Shown here: one piece after another, positions 44,266-60,639 of the stretch
Position numbering within the stretch: position 1 is the stretch's first letter
Layout of the letters: the number at the start of each line of letters is the position of its first letter
DNA from: Octopus vulgaris
Lineage: Eukaryota
DNA: 64,000 bases
Direction of reading: 5' to 3'
Assembly: GCA_951406725.2 (NCBI GenBank)
Contig: OX597842.1
Location: 34,286,001 to 34,350,000, forward strand
Program-made: the position numbers and the translations under genes
The notes under the pieces: model-generated
Databases searched by the model: none
Told to the model about the DNA's origin: nothing
What the model saw: only the letters and a program-made list of their open reading frames with translations

Positions 44266-44992
44266 AATATTTATATATATATATATATATATATATTATT
44301 TTCTCTAGTTTCAGCGCACGAGTTGTGGCCATGCTGGGCACCGCCATATATATACTTGATAAATTCTTATGAAGATTTTTTCCTATTTTAAAATAATATA
44401 TTATACATACATATATATATATATATATACACACCCAACTACCTCTACATACTACAAGCCACCCCTCTGTCACTAACCCACCCACCCATAGCAAGAGCAA
44501 TAATAGCCAAAAAGAGACCCTCACCACCACCAACTCTTAAACCGGCACCGTGCTTCTACTTCGCCTACGGAAGCCACCCTACCCGCTGGTTCGAACCTCG
44601 CCGCAACCTACAACCTCCGCCCCCACCCGCCACCCCACCCGCCCCCACCCAGGGGCACGTGTGGTTTCCAACGCCATCCCCCCTGTCTCTTTGCTCCCTT
44701 CCCCCTCCCCCTCTCCCCGCTGCCATCGCCTGCTACAACCATTTTCACACCTTACTCGCTACCCGTTATTCACTGAACTACAATACACTTTAACCGCCGC
44801 GCACCAACCACCACCACCACCTCGACCACAACCGGTGCCTACCCCACGACCACCAACAACACCGACACCACCACTCACACCCTCTAACACACACACGCAT
44901 ACATATTCCACGAGACCCAAACTAACCACTGCCTCACCCTTCCATCTCTCACTTTCTCTATCTCTGTCCATATATGTATATACGTATTTATG

Positions 44993-47720
<2,728 letters not shown>

Positions 47721-47759
47721 ACATATATATATATATATATATACATATATGTATATACG

Positions 47760-47812
<53 letters not shown>

Positions 47813-48148
47813 GCATACATACGTAGATACATATATACACGCATACATACATATGTGCACGCATACATAGATGACTATATATATATATATATATGTACGT
47901 ATGTATGTATACATATATATATATATATATACATACATCTATATATATACACACACACATATATATATATGCATGCATACATAGATGGATATATATATTT
48001 ATATATATATATATATGTATGTATGTACATATATATATATATGTATTGGGCTTACAAAAGAATAAGTCCCAGGGTCGAGTTGCTCGATTAAAGGCGGTGC
48101 TCCAGCATGGCCGCAGTCAAATGACTGAAACAAGTAAAAGAGTAAAGA

Positions 48149-48189
<41 letters not shown>

Positions 48190-48194
<5 letters not shown>

Positions 48195-48500
48195 GGATAA
48201 TATCGATATTTAAAATATCGATATTTAAATATCGATATTATCAAGTGGCCAGCATGAGAAAAATACCATACAAAGGTATTAATTTTTTACATCTAAAAAT
48301 ATGGGTGTTTGAGAGACACCACCATGCCGAAATAGCAGTCAAATTCAGGATCTTGAATTATTCAGTAATATTTTTTGCTAGCCTATTTTGTCCCTCTGTC
48401 TTATCTTATGGTGCGATATGAACATTTAACGTGGTTTTTAGAGCCAGGGATTTGACTGCTATTTCAGCATGGTGGTATCTCTCAAACACCCTTAATTTTA
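48190..48500. mobile_element. Interspersed AT-rich element with 41-bp internal inverted repeat
   Basis: 48303-48343 pairs with 48451-48491; related pieces at 5660-5742 (minus) and 6435-6590. Confidence 0.6.
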
Positions 48501-48507
48501 ATTGTAA

Positions 48508-48556
<49 letters not shown>

Positions 48557-48626
48557 TATATACATACGTATATGTACATGCTTATATCTATACGTCTTCC
48601 CTTCCTTGGATCTTTCCTTTTCCTAT

Positions 48627-48661
48627 GTTTCTGACGAAGAGCTCCGCTCGAAACGTTGAAT
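48627..48661 (+). ncRNA. Minimal type I hammerhead motif in a Penelope-like fragment (48590-48768)
   Basis: gttt-CTGACGA-a-gagc-tcc-gctc-GAAA-cg-TT-gaat. Confidence 0.58.
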
Positions 48662-48791
48662 CTTCCTTCTTTCTTTCCTTTCCTGAGAGTCCTATAACAC
48701 TATACTTGTTCCACGTCCTCGTGTTGTTGTGTTTTCTCTTTGTGTCTTCATGTTTGGATTAACTTTATAAATATACATATATATATGTATG

Positions 48792-48853
<62 letters not shown>

Positions 48854-48858
48854 CATAC

Positions 48859-48897
<39 letters not shown>

Positions 48898-49018
48898 CAT
48901 ACATATATATATATGTGTATATATATATACATATATATATATATACATGTATACATACACACACACATATATATACACATCCATTTTCTTTCTCGCCATT
49001 ATTCATTTCCTTGCCTCA

Positions 49019-49063
<45 letters not shown>

Positions 49064-49492
49064 CATCCCACCCGGATACCCTCCCCCACCTCCAACTACA
49101 TCAATTAACTTGACTAGCCTTAATTGGTGTCCGACAAGTTGTGTGTGACGTGATTAGCGAGAGAGCGGCGGCGTGGCAACCTGGTGAAGGCAACGATGTG
49201 ATAGGGTGGGGGGGGTATGAGGTAAGAAAGGAAAAGAGGGAAAAGCAAGGAAGGAAGTTAAAATAAAGAGAACTACTGGTGGCTGAGGTGAAGGCGTTCC
49301 TTGTTTTGTTGTGGTGGTAGTGGTGGTTACACATATATATATATATATATATACATTATATATATAGGCATTATATGTATATATATATATATAATAGAAA
49401 TTAAAAAGAAGACGGAGGAAGGTGCAAAGAGACTGAACCCGGAACCATGTAGTTCGTAAGCAAACTACTTGCCACACAGCCACTCCTACGCC

Positions 49493-49598
<106 letters not shown>

Positions 49599-49615
49599 CA
49601 TATATATATACATAC

Positions 49616-49654
<39 letters not shown>

Positions 49655-49687
49655 TGAGCGAGAAAGAAGCAACAAGAATGGATTGGT

Positions 49688-49778
49688 TTTTAGTACAATT
49701 GTTTCATACAAAGACAGGCTTTATTAAAAGTTGCAAAAATTGCAGCAGATAAAAGTGTCCCGTACTCATCAGCTAAAA
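49688..49778 (-). ncRNA. Type I hammerhead ribozyme motif
   Basis: ttttag-CTGATGA-gtac..gtat-GAAA-caattg-TA-ctaaaa. Confidence 0.7.
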
Positions 49779-50125
49779 TACGTATGAGTTCTCCAAACAT
49801 CTTAGTGGGTGAGGCTATACTCATGAAGTATTGGAAATAATTTCATTAAAAGCAGATTTAGGTTGTAAACAGTTTTCCGAAGTTCCTTATTGATGATGCA
49901 CAGTCTTATCACAGGTTTTTAAAAAAGCTTATTAGCTTCTACGGATTAATTCACCTTCTCTGTGAAGCTAATAAGTTTTTTTTAAAAACCTGTGATAAGA
50001 CTGTGCATCATCAATAAGGAACTTCGGAAATCTGTTTACAACCTAAATCTGCTTTTAATGAAATTATCTCCAATACTTCATGAGTATAGCCTCACCCACT
50101 AAGATGTTTGGAGAACTCATATGTA

Positions 50126-50216
50126 TTTTAGCTGAAGAGTACGGGACACTTTTATCTGCTGCAATTTTTGCAACTTTTAATAAAGCCTGTCTTTGTATGA
50201 AACAATTGTACTAAAA
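50126..50216 (+). ncRNA. Type I hammerhead ribozyme motif
   Basis: ttttag-CTGAAGA-gtac..gtat-GAAA-caattg-TA-ctaaaa. Confidence 0.7.
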
Positions 50217-50346
50217 ACTAATCCATTCTTGTTGCTTCTTTCTCGTTTATAATCACCCCACATTACTGTATGGTTAACACCATATAGTTTTCTGGTGCAT
50301 CTAAGTTAAGTACCGCATTCAAGTAAATTCATTAGAATTGACTTGA

Positions 50347-50396
<50 letters not shown>

Positions 50397-50460
50397 GGAG
50401 TAAACACATAAATGTGAAACAAGGTGGAAAAAAGAGTACTCAAATACCAGTGGTAGAGTA

Positions 50461-50628
50461 ATATGCTTTATTTTAAGCAGCAGAAAATTCAACAAAATCT
50501 GTTACTCTGAGTTTCTCGTTGCCGTTCATCAGTCAGTTTTTGCTAGCAAAAACTGTCTGATGAACGGCAACGAGAAACTCAGAGTAACAGATTTTGTTGA
50601 ATTTTCTGCTGCTTAAAATAAAGCATAT
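50461..50628. repeat. Spacerless palindrome with about 84-bp arms
   Basis: Centred on tttttgc|tagcaaaaa (GCTAGC near 50544); near-perfect arms. Confidence 0.93.
50553..50590 (+). ncRNA. Minimal type I hammerhead motif (mirror copy at 50499-50536, minus)
   Basis: ctgt-CTGATGA-a-cg-GCAA-cg-a-GAAA-ctcagag-TA-acag. Confidence 0.62.
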
Positions 50629-50779
50629 ATATATATACAGATGCAAGCAGAGTTTTGGTCAGTTAGCAACTGAACTTCACAACCTAAAATTCATATCTAC
50701 ATCTTTATCTTTATATTTACCTTCCCTAAAATGTTATTACTTGATTTGAAAGCTTTTATATTATTGGAAAACCTATATA

Positions 50780-50870
50780 AATTGGCTGAAGAGTACTTAG
50801 CATCTTAAATCTGCTGTAATACTTACAACTTTTAATAAAATGTTGTAGTACGAAACAATTGTACCAAATT
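50780..50870 (+). ncRNA. Type I hammerhead ribozyme motif (relative of 50126-50216)
   Basis: ttgg-CTGAAGA-gtact..agtac-GAAA-caattg-TA-ccaa. Confidence 0.72.
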
Positions 50871-50899
50871 ACCGGAATCATTCTTGTTGCTTATTTTTG

Positions 50900-50996
<97 letters not shown>

Positions 50997-51094
50997 GTAT
51001 ATTGGAATATATATTAATACCTCTTCTCCATTTTTAACAAAATTGTTGAGTTTTATGGGATTCGTTCCACAAATACACAACACACCATATACAA

Positions 51095-51600
<506 letters not shown>

Positions 51601-52402
51601 GACGATAGAGAGGTGGGTAAGTAGATAGATGGGTATTTATTTCTCTTTCTCCCTCTCTTTCTTTTTCTCTCTCTGTTTCACTCTCTACTTCTCTTTCTCT
51701 CTCTTTCTCTTTCTCTTTGTCTCTCTCCGTGTATGTAGAAAAACATAATTGATCTCCATATCGTAGTTCTTAATCAGTTCTTTAATTTTAGTTCGTATCA
51801 CTAACACATCCAAACTTCTTTAAGATTCCAAAGTTCTTTAAAGTTCCTCTTACTCGTCTTCTAAATGTTGTGATGAAAGTCTGCAAGCTGAGGTGGCTTG
51901 TTCTAAGCTTTCAAATTATATTTTCACATTTTTTTTCACTTTTCATAGAGAGTGTCACGGCCGCCTTGAGCATTTTATAAGAAGTATACTCGCAGAAACC
52001 GGTGTGGCTGTACCGAGTATCACGTGACGGACACGTGGCTATGAAGAGCAGACGACCGAAGCACGGCGCGGCACGGCATGCGATGCGAAGCGGCAAAGTC
52101 AAGAGCAAACGAGACTGCAGGCTTGAGGCGAACGGACAAGCCAAACCGTCGATCGCAAACCGCTACGGCGCGTGTGACCGTATAAAGCAAACATGACGAC
52201 GCGCGCCGAAGTGCTTGGCGTCATCACTACACACGCGTCGGGGTAGGGGAACGGCGCTGACAGCGGAGAACTTTGAAGGGCCGGAGTTAATCCGTGAGTT
52301 TTCTAATTGAAGGGCTGAGTTTTTTAATTGATGTCCGTATATAGGATACGTTGGATAAAATGTAAATGAAAAATGGTGTTAAATGTTAAACAGTTTTAAA
52401 CA

Positions 52403-52572
52403 GGCGCAGGGGTGGCTGTGTGGTAAGTAGCTTGCTTACCAACCACATGGTTCCGGGTTCAGTCCACTGCGTGGCATCTTGGGCAAGTGTCTTCTGCTAT
52501 AGCCTCGGGCCGACCAAAGCCTTGTGAGTGGATTTGGTAGACGGAAACTGAAAGAAGCCTGTCGTATATATG

Positions 52573-52668
<96 letters not shown>

Positions 52669-52876
52669 TGTGTCTGTGTTTGTCCCCCTAGCATTGCTTG
52701 TCAAACGATGCTGGTGTGTTTACGTCCCCGTAACTTAGTGGTTCGGCAAAAAGAGACCGATAGAATTAGTACTGGGCTTACAAAGAATAAGTCCTGGGGT
52801 CGAGTTGCTCGACTAAAGGCGGTGCTCCAGCATGGCCGCAGTCAAATGACTAAAACAAGTAAAAGAGTAAAAGAGT
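52403..52876 (+). mobile_element. SINE family 1, full length
   Basis: Family match. Confidence 0.9.
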
Positions 52877-52967
52877 CGTGAGTGTGGTAAGAAGCTTGCT
52901 TCCCAACCTCATGGATCTGGGTTCAATCCTTACTGCATAGCAACTTGGGCAAGTGTCTTCTACTATA

Positions 52968-53201
52968 TATTCCTTTATTACCCACAAGGGGCTAAACATA
53001 GAGGGGACAAACGAGGACAGACAAAGATATCAAGTCGATTACATCGACCCCAGTGCGAAACTGTTACTTTATTTATCGACCCCGAAAGGATGAAAGGCAA
53101 AGTCGACCTCGGCGGAATTTGAAATCAGAACATAACGACAGACGAAATACAGCTACGCATTTCGCCCGGCGTGCTAACGTTTCTGCCAGCTCGCCGCCTT
53201 A
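52968..53201 (-). mobile_element. SINE family 2 monomer (A tail) nested in an old SINE1; 13-bp TSD
   Basis: TSD GTCTTCTACTATA at 52955-52967 and 53202-53214. Confidence 0.9.
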
Positions 53202-53257
53202 GTCTTCTACTATAACCACAGGCCAAGCAAAGACTTGTGAGTGGATTTGGTAAACAT

Positions 53258-53475
53258 TACTCTTTTACTCTTTTACTTGTTTCAGTCATGTGACTGTGGC
53301 CATGCTGGAGCACCGCCTTTAGTCGAGCAAATCAACCCCAGGACTCATTCTTTGTAAGCCTAGTACTTATTTTATCGGTCTCTTTTTGCCGAACCGCTAA
53401 GTTACGGGGGCGTAAACACACCAGCATCGGTTGTCAAGCGATGTTGGTGAGACAAACACAGACACACAAACACGC

Positions 53476-53529
<54 letters not shown>

Positions 53530-53860
53530 GACAGGCTTCTTTCAGTTTCCATCTACCAAATCCACTCACAAGGCTTTGGTCGGCCCAAGGCTATAGTAGA
53601 AGTCACTTGCCCAAGTTGCCACGCAGTGGGACTGAACCTAGAACCATGTGGTTCGTAAGCAAGCTACTTACCACACAGCCACTCCTGCGCCTATAATATG
53701 TATGACAGGCTTCTTTCAGTTTCCATCTACCAAATCCACTCACAAGGCTTTGGTCGGCCCAAGGCTATAGTAGAAGTTACTTGCCCAAGTTGCCACGCAG
53801 TGGGACTGAACCCAGAACCATGTGGTTGGTAAGCAAGCTACTTACCACACAGCCACTCCT
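53258..53860 (-). mobile_element. SINE family 1, full copy plus duplicated 5' half
   Basis: Family match; 53702-53860 repeats 53530-53691. Confidence 0.87.
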
Positions 53861-53989
53861 ACAGTTGTTTCGTGGCTGTTTGTACGAGCGAGAGTAAGTG
53901 CACCACACAACCTAAGGGAGGGCGTTTATTCAGCCATATCTGTTAACAGTTATATTTAATACTTTTTTCGCTGTATTGTTGATTTGCGT

Positions 53990-55275
53990 CCATTACCATT
54001 ATCATCATCACCATCACCACCATCATCTCTACTAACACCACTATCACCATTGCCACCACCACCACCATCACTACCACCATTGCCACTATCACCACCATCA
54101 TCACCACCACCACCATTACCACCACCACCACCACAAACACTACCATCATCACCGCCACCATCCCCGCCACCACTATCCTCACCATCACCATCATCACCAA
54201 CGCCATTACCTCCACCGCCACCATCACTTCCACCACCATCACTACCACCACAACCATCACTACCACCATCGCCATCCTCACCATCATCACCAACACCATC
54301 ACCTCCACCGCCACCATCACAGCCACAACCATCACTACCACCACCACCACTGTCACCATCACCACCACCGCCACTACCACAACCACCAAAACTACCTTTA
54401 CCCCCTCCAGTACTACCACCTATACCACCACCAAGTGCAACACTACCAAGACAGATTCAACAGCATCATTAACACTAACACTACCACCTACACCACCATG
54501 ACCCAATCTTCCAACACTGCACGGCCACACACCACCACCACTATCACACTACTTCTACACCTAAGCAACAGCGCCACTACCACCATAACCCCCACACTAC
54601 AACACCTTCGACACCACCACTGTAATGTCACACAGCCTCCATACAAACAACTATAACAACACCAACCCGTCCCACCACCGCCACCACAACCACTAGCACC
54701 GACACCATCACCACCACCACCACCATCATTGCAACCATCACTACTGCCGCCATCACCGCCGCCGCCCCTCGTCTCCATCATCACCGCAGCAGCTACTACT
54801 ATCACCAACACTACCATCGCCACCACTACCACTACCATCTCTACGACCACCACCACTGCCGTTACTACCACCACCACTGCACATCACCACTACCATCACG
54901 GCCCTCATCGATACCATCATCACAACCGCCACCATCATTACAACCGCCGCCGACCTCATCACCATCATCACCACCACCATTGCCACCGCCGCCACCACCA
55001 TCGCTGCCGCCACCACCACAATCATTACTATTACCACCACATCAGCTTCCACCCCCACCATCTCTACCACCACCACCAGCGCCCCCACCATCATCATCAT
55101 CAATACTGCCACCACCGACACCACAAGCACTACCAATACCTACACCACCATTACCGTCACCACCACCATCACCAACGCCACCACCATCACCAACGCCACC
55201 ACCATCACCACCACCACCACCACCACCAACACCACCACCATCACCAACGCCACCACCATCACCACCACCACCCAT
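53990..55275. repeat. Degenerate (CAC/CAT)n array
   Basis: Direct inspection. Confidence 0.9.
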
Positions 55276-55810
55276 ACCGCAGTAGAAACAGGCTATAAAT
55301 AAACTGAGGGCCATGTCCAATATGCAAACGAGGCTAATAATTGTCTGTTATTGAGGTAGCGACATCTGGTGGACGTCTGGAGCTGATATTGTTAATACCT
55401 GAGACTGTGTTAAGGAGTACAATAGGGCTCAAGTAGGGGTACAGGAGTGGGTTAGTAAGGGGAAGGCGGAATTTTAAGGGTCTGTTTGTGTTGTGCTGTG
55501 GGAGTGAGTGAGTGTGTGTGTATGTGCGTATTATGAAAGTGTTGTGGGTGGTTGTAGGGATGGAGGTGTGATATGAATAGAGAGAGCGGTGGCGGTGATG
55601 GTGATGGTGGTTGGAGGAGGGGGGATGATGTATTATGGTCTCCGTTGTTTATTGTGCTCTCCTGTAAGTGTGTATATATATGTGTATATATATAATATAT
55701 ATATATATATACACACACACATATATATAATGTATACACGCATACAATATTCATACATGTTATTTGTGTGTATGTGTGTGTTTATATATATATGGATGCA
55801 TTCATACAGT

Positions 55811-55897
<87 letters not shown>

Positions 55898-56683
55898 CAT
55901 ATATACATACATATATGCATATAAAAATGTATACAGGTATATCAAGTGTATGGATATAAATATTTGTGTATATATGTAGTATATACGCATGTATATATAT
56001 GTATATATGATATATGTGTGTGTGTGCGTATACATACGCACATAAATTATATACATCTTTAAGGGTCATCTCAGTCGGTAATTAATACTGGCCTTGACAA
56101 TTATTATGACTCATTACGGAGGTGGTGGTGGTGGTGGTGGTGGTGGTGGCGGTGGTAGTGGTGGCGGTGGTGCAAGTGGTGGTGGTGTTAGTGACAGTGA
56201 TGGTGGACGTGATGGTGGCGGTGATGGTGGCGGTGGTGTTGGTGGTGGTGTTGGTGAATGTGTTGGTGGTGGTGGTGTTAGTGACAGTGATGGTGGACGT
56301 GATGGTGGTGGTGGTGATGGTGGTGGTGGTGGTGGTGGTGGCGGTGGTGGTGGTGGCTTGGTGCAAGTGATGGTGGATGGTAGTGTTAGTGACACTGATG
56401 ATGGACGTGATGGTGGTGGTGGTGATGGTGGTGGTGGTATTGGTGGTGGTGGTGGTAATTTCCCACTTCGGTTTCTATAATTTTTCTTTTTTACTTTTCT
56501 TTTTGCATTTGCGATTATGTCTATGAACGGCTCGACGAACCCTTTGTCCCCTTAATATTTCGCCCCCCACCCCACCCCTACACTAAATCAATAAGGTTGC
56601 TCTATGAGGATTTCGGAGTTCTCTTGTTCCTTTAGTTGTTCATTATGTCAGAATTAACATCAAAGATTATCCTAGAGCCCCAA

Positions 56684-56840
56684 AGATTATCTAAGTGTTT
56701 TGGCTAATCTGTGTCATCATATGTCACAAACAGTGTTCCTTGGCTTATGTCATAATCTTTCAAGACGATAATGCGCCGATTCACATGGGAAAATGTCATT
56801 AAATACTAGCACGATGTGCACACAAGTGAGGTAAACCACT
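56684..56840 (+). pseudogene. Tc1 transposase fragment
   Basis: DYLSVLANL..HHM..IFQDDNAPIH, same region as 28650-29390. Confidence 0.7.
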
Positions 56841-56938
56841 TGTAAACCACATGGACTGGGGTAGATATAATCGACTCAACCTCTACCCCGAAATTGCTGG
56901 CTTTGTGCCAAAATTTGAAATTGTTGTTCTTCTTGCTA

Positions 56939-57880
56939 AGGCAGCATCCTGGCAGAATCGTTAGCACCTTTGACGAAATGCTTAGCGCTATTTCGCCCGT
57001 CGGTACGTTCTGAGTTCAAATTCCGCCCAGGTCGACTTTGCCTTTCATTCTTTCGGGATCGATTAAATAAGTACCAGTTACCCACTGGGGTCGATATAAT
57101 CGACTTAATCCGTTTGTCTGTCCTTGTTTATCCCCTCTGTGTTTAGCCCCTTGTGGGTAGTCAAGAAATAGGTATTTCGTCTGCCGTTACGTTCTGAGTT
57201 CAAATTCTGCCGAGGTCGACTTTGCCTTTCATCCTTTCGGGGTCGATTAAATAAGTACCAGTTACCCACTGGGGTCGATATAATCGACTTAATCCGTTTG
57301 TCTGTCCTTGTTTATCCCCTCTGTGTTTAGGCCCTTGTGGGTAGTAAAGAAATAGGTATTTCGTCTGCCGTTACGTTCTGAGTCCAAATTCTGCCGAGGT
57401 CGACTTTGCCTTTCATCCTTTCGGGGTCGATTAAGCAAGTACCAGTTACGCACTGGGGTCGATATAATCGACTTAATCCGTTTGTCTGTCCTTGTTTGTC
57501 CCTTCTGTGTTTAGCCTCTTGTGGGTAGTAAAGAAATAGGTATTTCGTCTGCCGTTACGTTCTGAGTTCAAATTCTGCCGAGGTCGACTTTGCCTTTCAT
57601 CCTTTCGGGGTCGATTAAATAAGTACCAGTTACCCACTGGGGTCGATATAATCGACTTAATCCGTTTGTCTGTCCTTGTTTGTCCCCTCTGTGTTTAGCC
57701 CCTTGTGGGTAGTCAAGAAATAGGTATTTCGTCTGCCGTTACGTTCTGAGTTCAAATTCTGTCCAGGTCGACTTTGCCTTTCATCCTTTCGGGATCGATA
57801 AATTAAGTATCAGATGTGTGCTGGGGGTCGATCTAATCGATTGGCCCCCTCCCCCAAAATTTCGGGCCTTGTATAGGAAA
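56939..57880 (+). mobile_element. SINE family 2 array: head plus 4 A-tailed units plus B-tailed unit
   Basis: Junctions at 57170, 57354, 57538 and 57722 (184-bp period). Confidence 0.9.
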
Positions 57881-58017
57881 CATTGTTGTTGTTGTTGTTG
57901 TTGTTAAGGCGGCAAGCTGGCAGAGACGCTTATCATGTGACATAATGAGCCAATCATCAATATATACATATGTGTATATACATATATACACGCATATATG
58001 TGTGTGTGTGTGTGTGT

Positions 58018-58308
58018 GTGGAGGCGCAATGGCCCAGTGGTTAGAGCAGCGGACTCGTGGTCGGTGAATCGCTGTTTCGATTCCCAGACCGGGCATTCTG
58101 TGTGTTTATTGAACGAAAAAAACCTAAAAGCTCCATGAGGCTCTGGCAGGGGGTGGTGGCGACCCCTGTTGTACTCTTTCTCTCACTGTTTCTTGAGTAC
58201 GCCGCGATGGACTGGTGTCGCGTCCAGCTGGGGGGAACACATACGCCACAGAAACCGGGAAACCGGGTTCATGAGCCTGGCTAGGTTTGAAAAGGGCAGA
58301 AAACAAAT
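58018..58308 (+). mobile_element. SINE family 3 head and body plus tail 3
   Basis: Family 3 head, then gcgatggactgg..gtccagc..gaaaccgggaaaccggg. Confidence 0.8.
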
Positions 58309-58309
58309 T

Positions 58310-58370
<61 letters not shown>

Positions 58371-58379
58371 CGATCGATC

Positions 58380-58434
<55 letters not shown>

Positions 58435-58469
58435 TGATAGATTGATATCTAGATAGATAGATAGATATC

Positions 58470-58518
<49 letters not shown>

Positions 58519-58546
58519 TGATAGATAGATAGATAGATAGATAGAT

Positions 58547-58613
<67 letters not shown>

Positions 58614-58615
<2 letters not shown>

Positions 58616-58705
58616 TGTTTCTTTATTAGCCGCACAGGGCTGCACACAGATAGAACAAATTACAAGGTAGAGCTTTTCTTTTGAAGGTAAAAAAAAAGGG
58701 GGCGG
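58614..58705 (-). mobile_element. 3' end of the TATC-tailed LINE
   Basis: Reverse complement of 310-387; (GATA)n at 58311-58613. Confidence 0.7.
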
Positions 58706-59433
58706 GTGTTCATCTGTCTATCTGCCTATATATCTGTCTATATTTCTATCTTTCTATCTATGTCTATCTACTTAACTATCTATCTGTGTGTCCGTGTATC
58801 TACCTATCTACCTATTGATCTATCAATCTATCTATCCATCTATCTATCTATCTGTCTATCTCTCTGTCTGTCTATCTATCTATATCTATATATCTACCTA
58901 TCTATCTATCAACCTGCCTGACTATCTATCTGTCTATATATTTATCTATCTATCAGTCTATCAATATATCAACCTACATATCTATACACACACATGCACA
59001 CACGTGTATGCGTGTGTTAGCATGGACGTGTGGTTATTAGCAATAAGGTGAATATTTTCCCCACACAGCTTAAAGTACTCAATACTTTCCAAGAAGTGAG
59101 TAATTACGGCGTTAATATTACCGTGGTTCTCGTCAGTCACGTGCACAACAAGAAAAGAAAACGGAGATAAGTAAGTTAACAATTCTTTATTATGAACAAA
59201 TTGTTCATCTTCGCTTCTTTACAGCCGTTTCAAGTAATACTCAACAATTTAATTACAAAGCTGTACATTGTATTTGCATTTATGCCATATGAGCATAATT
59301 TTATCTGAGAAGGAAAAGCTTTCTTGGGATATTACATGTGGACCCATCAATTTGTAAGTAATTAATAATTAACTTCCTTATCTCCATTTTCTTTTCCTAT
59401 TTTAAATGCATATAAACTATATGCTTTATATAT

Positions 59434-59850
59434 AGGCGCAGGAGTGGCTGTGTAGTAAGTAGCTTGCTTACCAACCACATGGTTCCGGGTTCAGTCCCAC
59501 TGCTTGGCACCTTGGGCAAGTGTCTTCTACTATAGCCTCGGGCCGACCAAAGTCTTGTGAGTGGATTTGGTAAATGGAAACTGAAAGAAGCCCGTTGTAT
59601 ACATGTATATATATATATGTGTGTGTGCATGTATGTTTGTGTGTCTGTGTTTGTCTCCCTAGCATTGCTTGACAACCGATGCTGGTGTGTTTATGTCCCC
59701 GTCACTTAGCGGTTCGGCAAAAGAGACCGATAGAATAAGTACTGGGCTTACAAAGAATAAGTCCCGGGGTCGATTTGCTCGACTAAAGGCGGTGCTCCAG
59801 CATGGCCGCAGTCAAATGACTGAAACAAGTAAAAGAGAAAGAGAAAGAGA
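59434..59850 (+). mobile_element. SINE family 1, full length
   Basis: Family match. Confidence 0.9.
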
Positions 59851-60351
59851 TATACCTATTGTTCTAAGGGACCTCATTTCCTAACAATACTAGGTATTGA
59901 ACCAGTATTTCCTTGGATGCAAGTATCCCTTCATGAGGTTAACATATCCTCTAATAAAATTTCTGTGTGTGTGTATTTGTAGGTGTGGGTCTGTGCTTGA
60001 CAACCGATGCTGTTGTGTTAATAGCGGTTTGGCAAAAGAAACCGATAGAATAAGTACTAGGCTTACAAAGAAGAAGCCCAAGGGTCTTTTCCTTCGAATA
60101 AAAAAAACCAACTTTTAAGGTGGTGCTCCAGTATGGCCGCAGTCAAATGACTGAACCAAAAGAATAAAAGAGTAGAAGAATATATGTGTGTGTTTGTGTG
60201 TGCGTCTGTTTCTGTGTATGTGTTTGTGTGTGTGTGTGTGCATATATTTCTGCATATATATATATACACGCACACAAATACATATATAAAAGGTACACGC
60301 ATAGACATATATACCAACATACATATATATAAATATATATATGTATGTATG

Positions 60352-60493
<142 letters not shown>

Positions 60494-60566
60494 TATACAT
60501 ACATATATATACATATACATATATATATATATACATATATATATATGTATATATACACACACACAC

Positions 60567-60639
<73 letters not shown>

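Larger units (their letters stand above)
49659..50245. repeat. Palindrome with about 280-bp arms, hammerhead in each arm
   Basis: 49659-49939 pairs with 49964-50245; flanked by (TA)n. Confidence 0.93.

Noticed and set aside
56939-57880. Regular repeats as a CRISPR array
   Set aside because: Whole units repeat with no unique spacers; eukaryotic context
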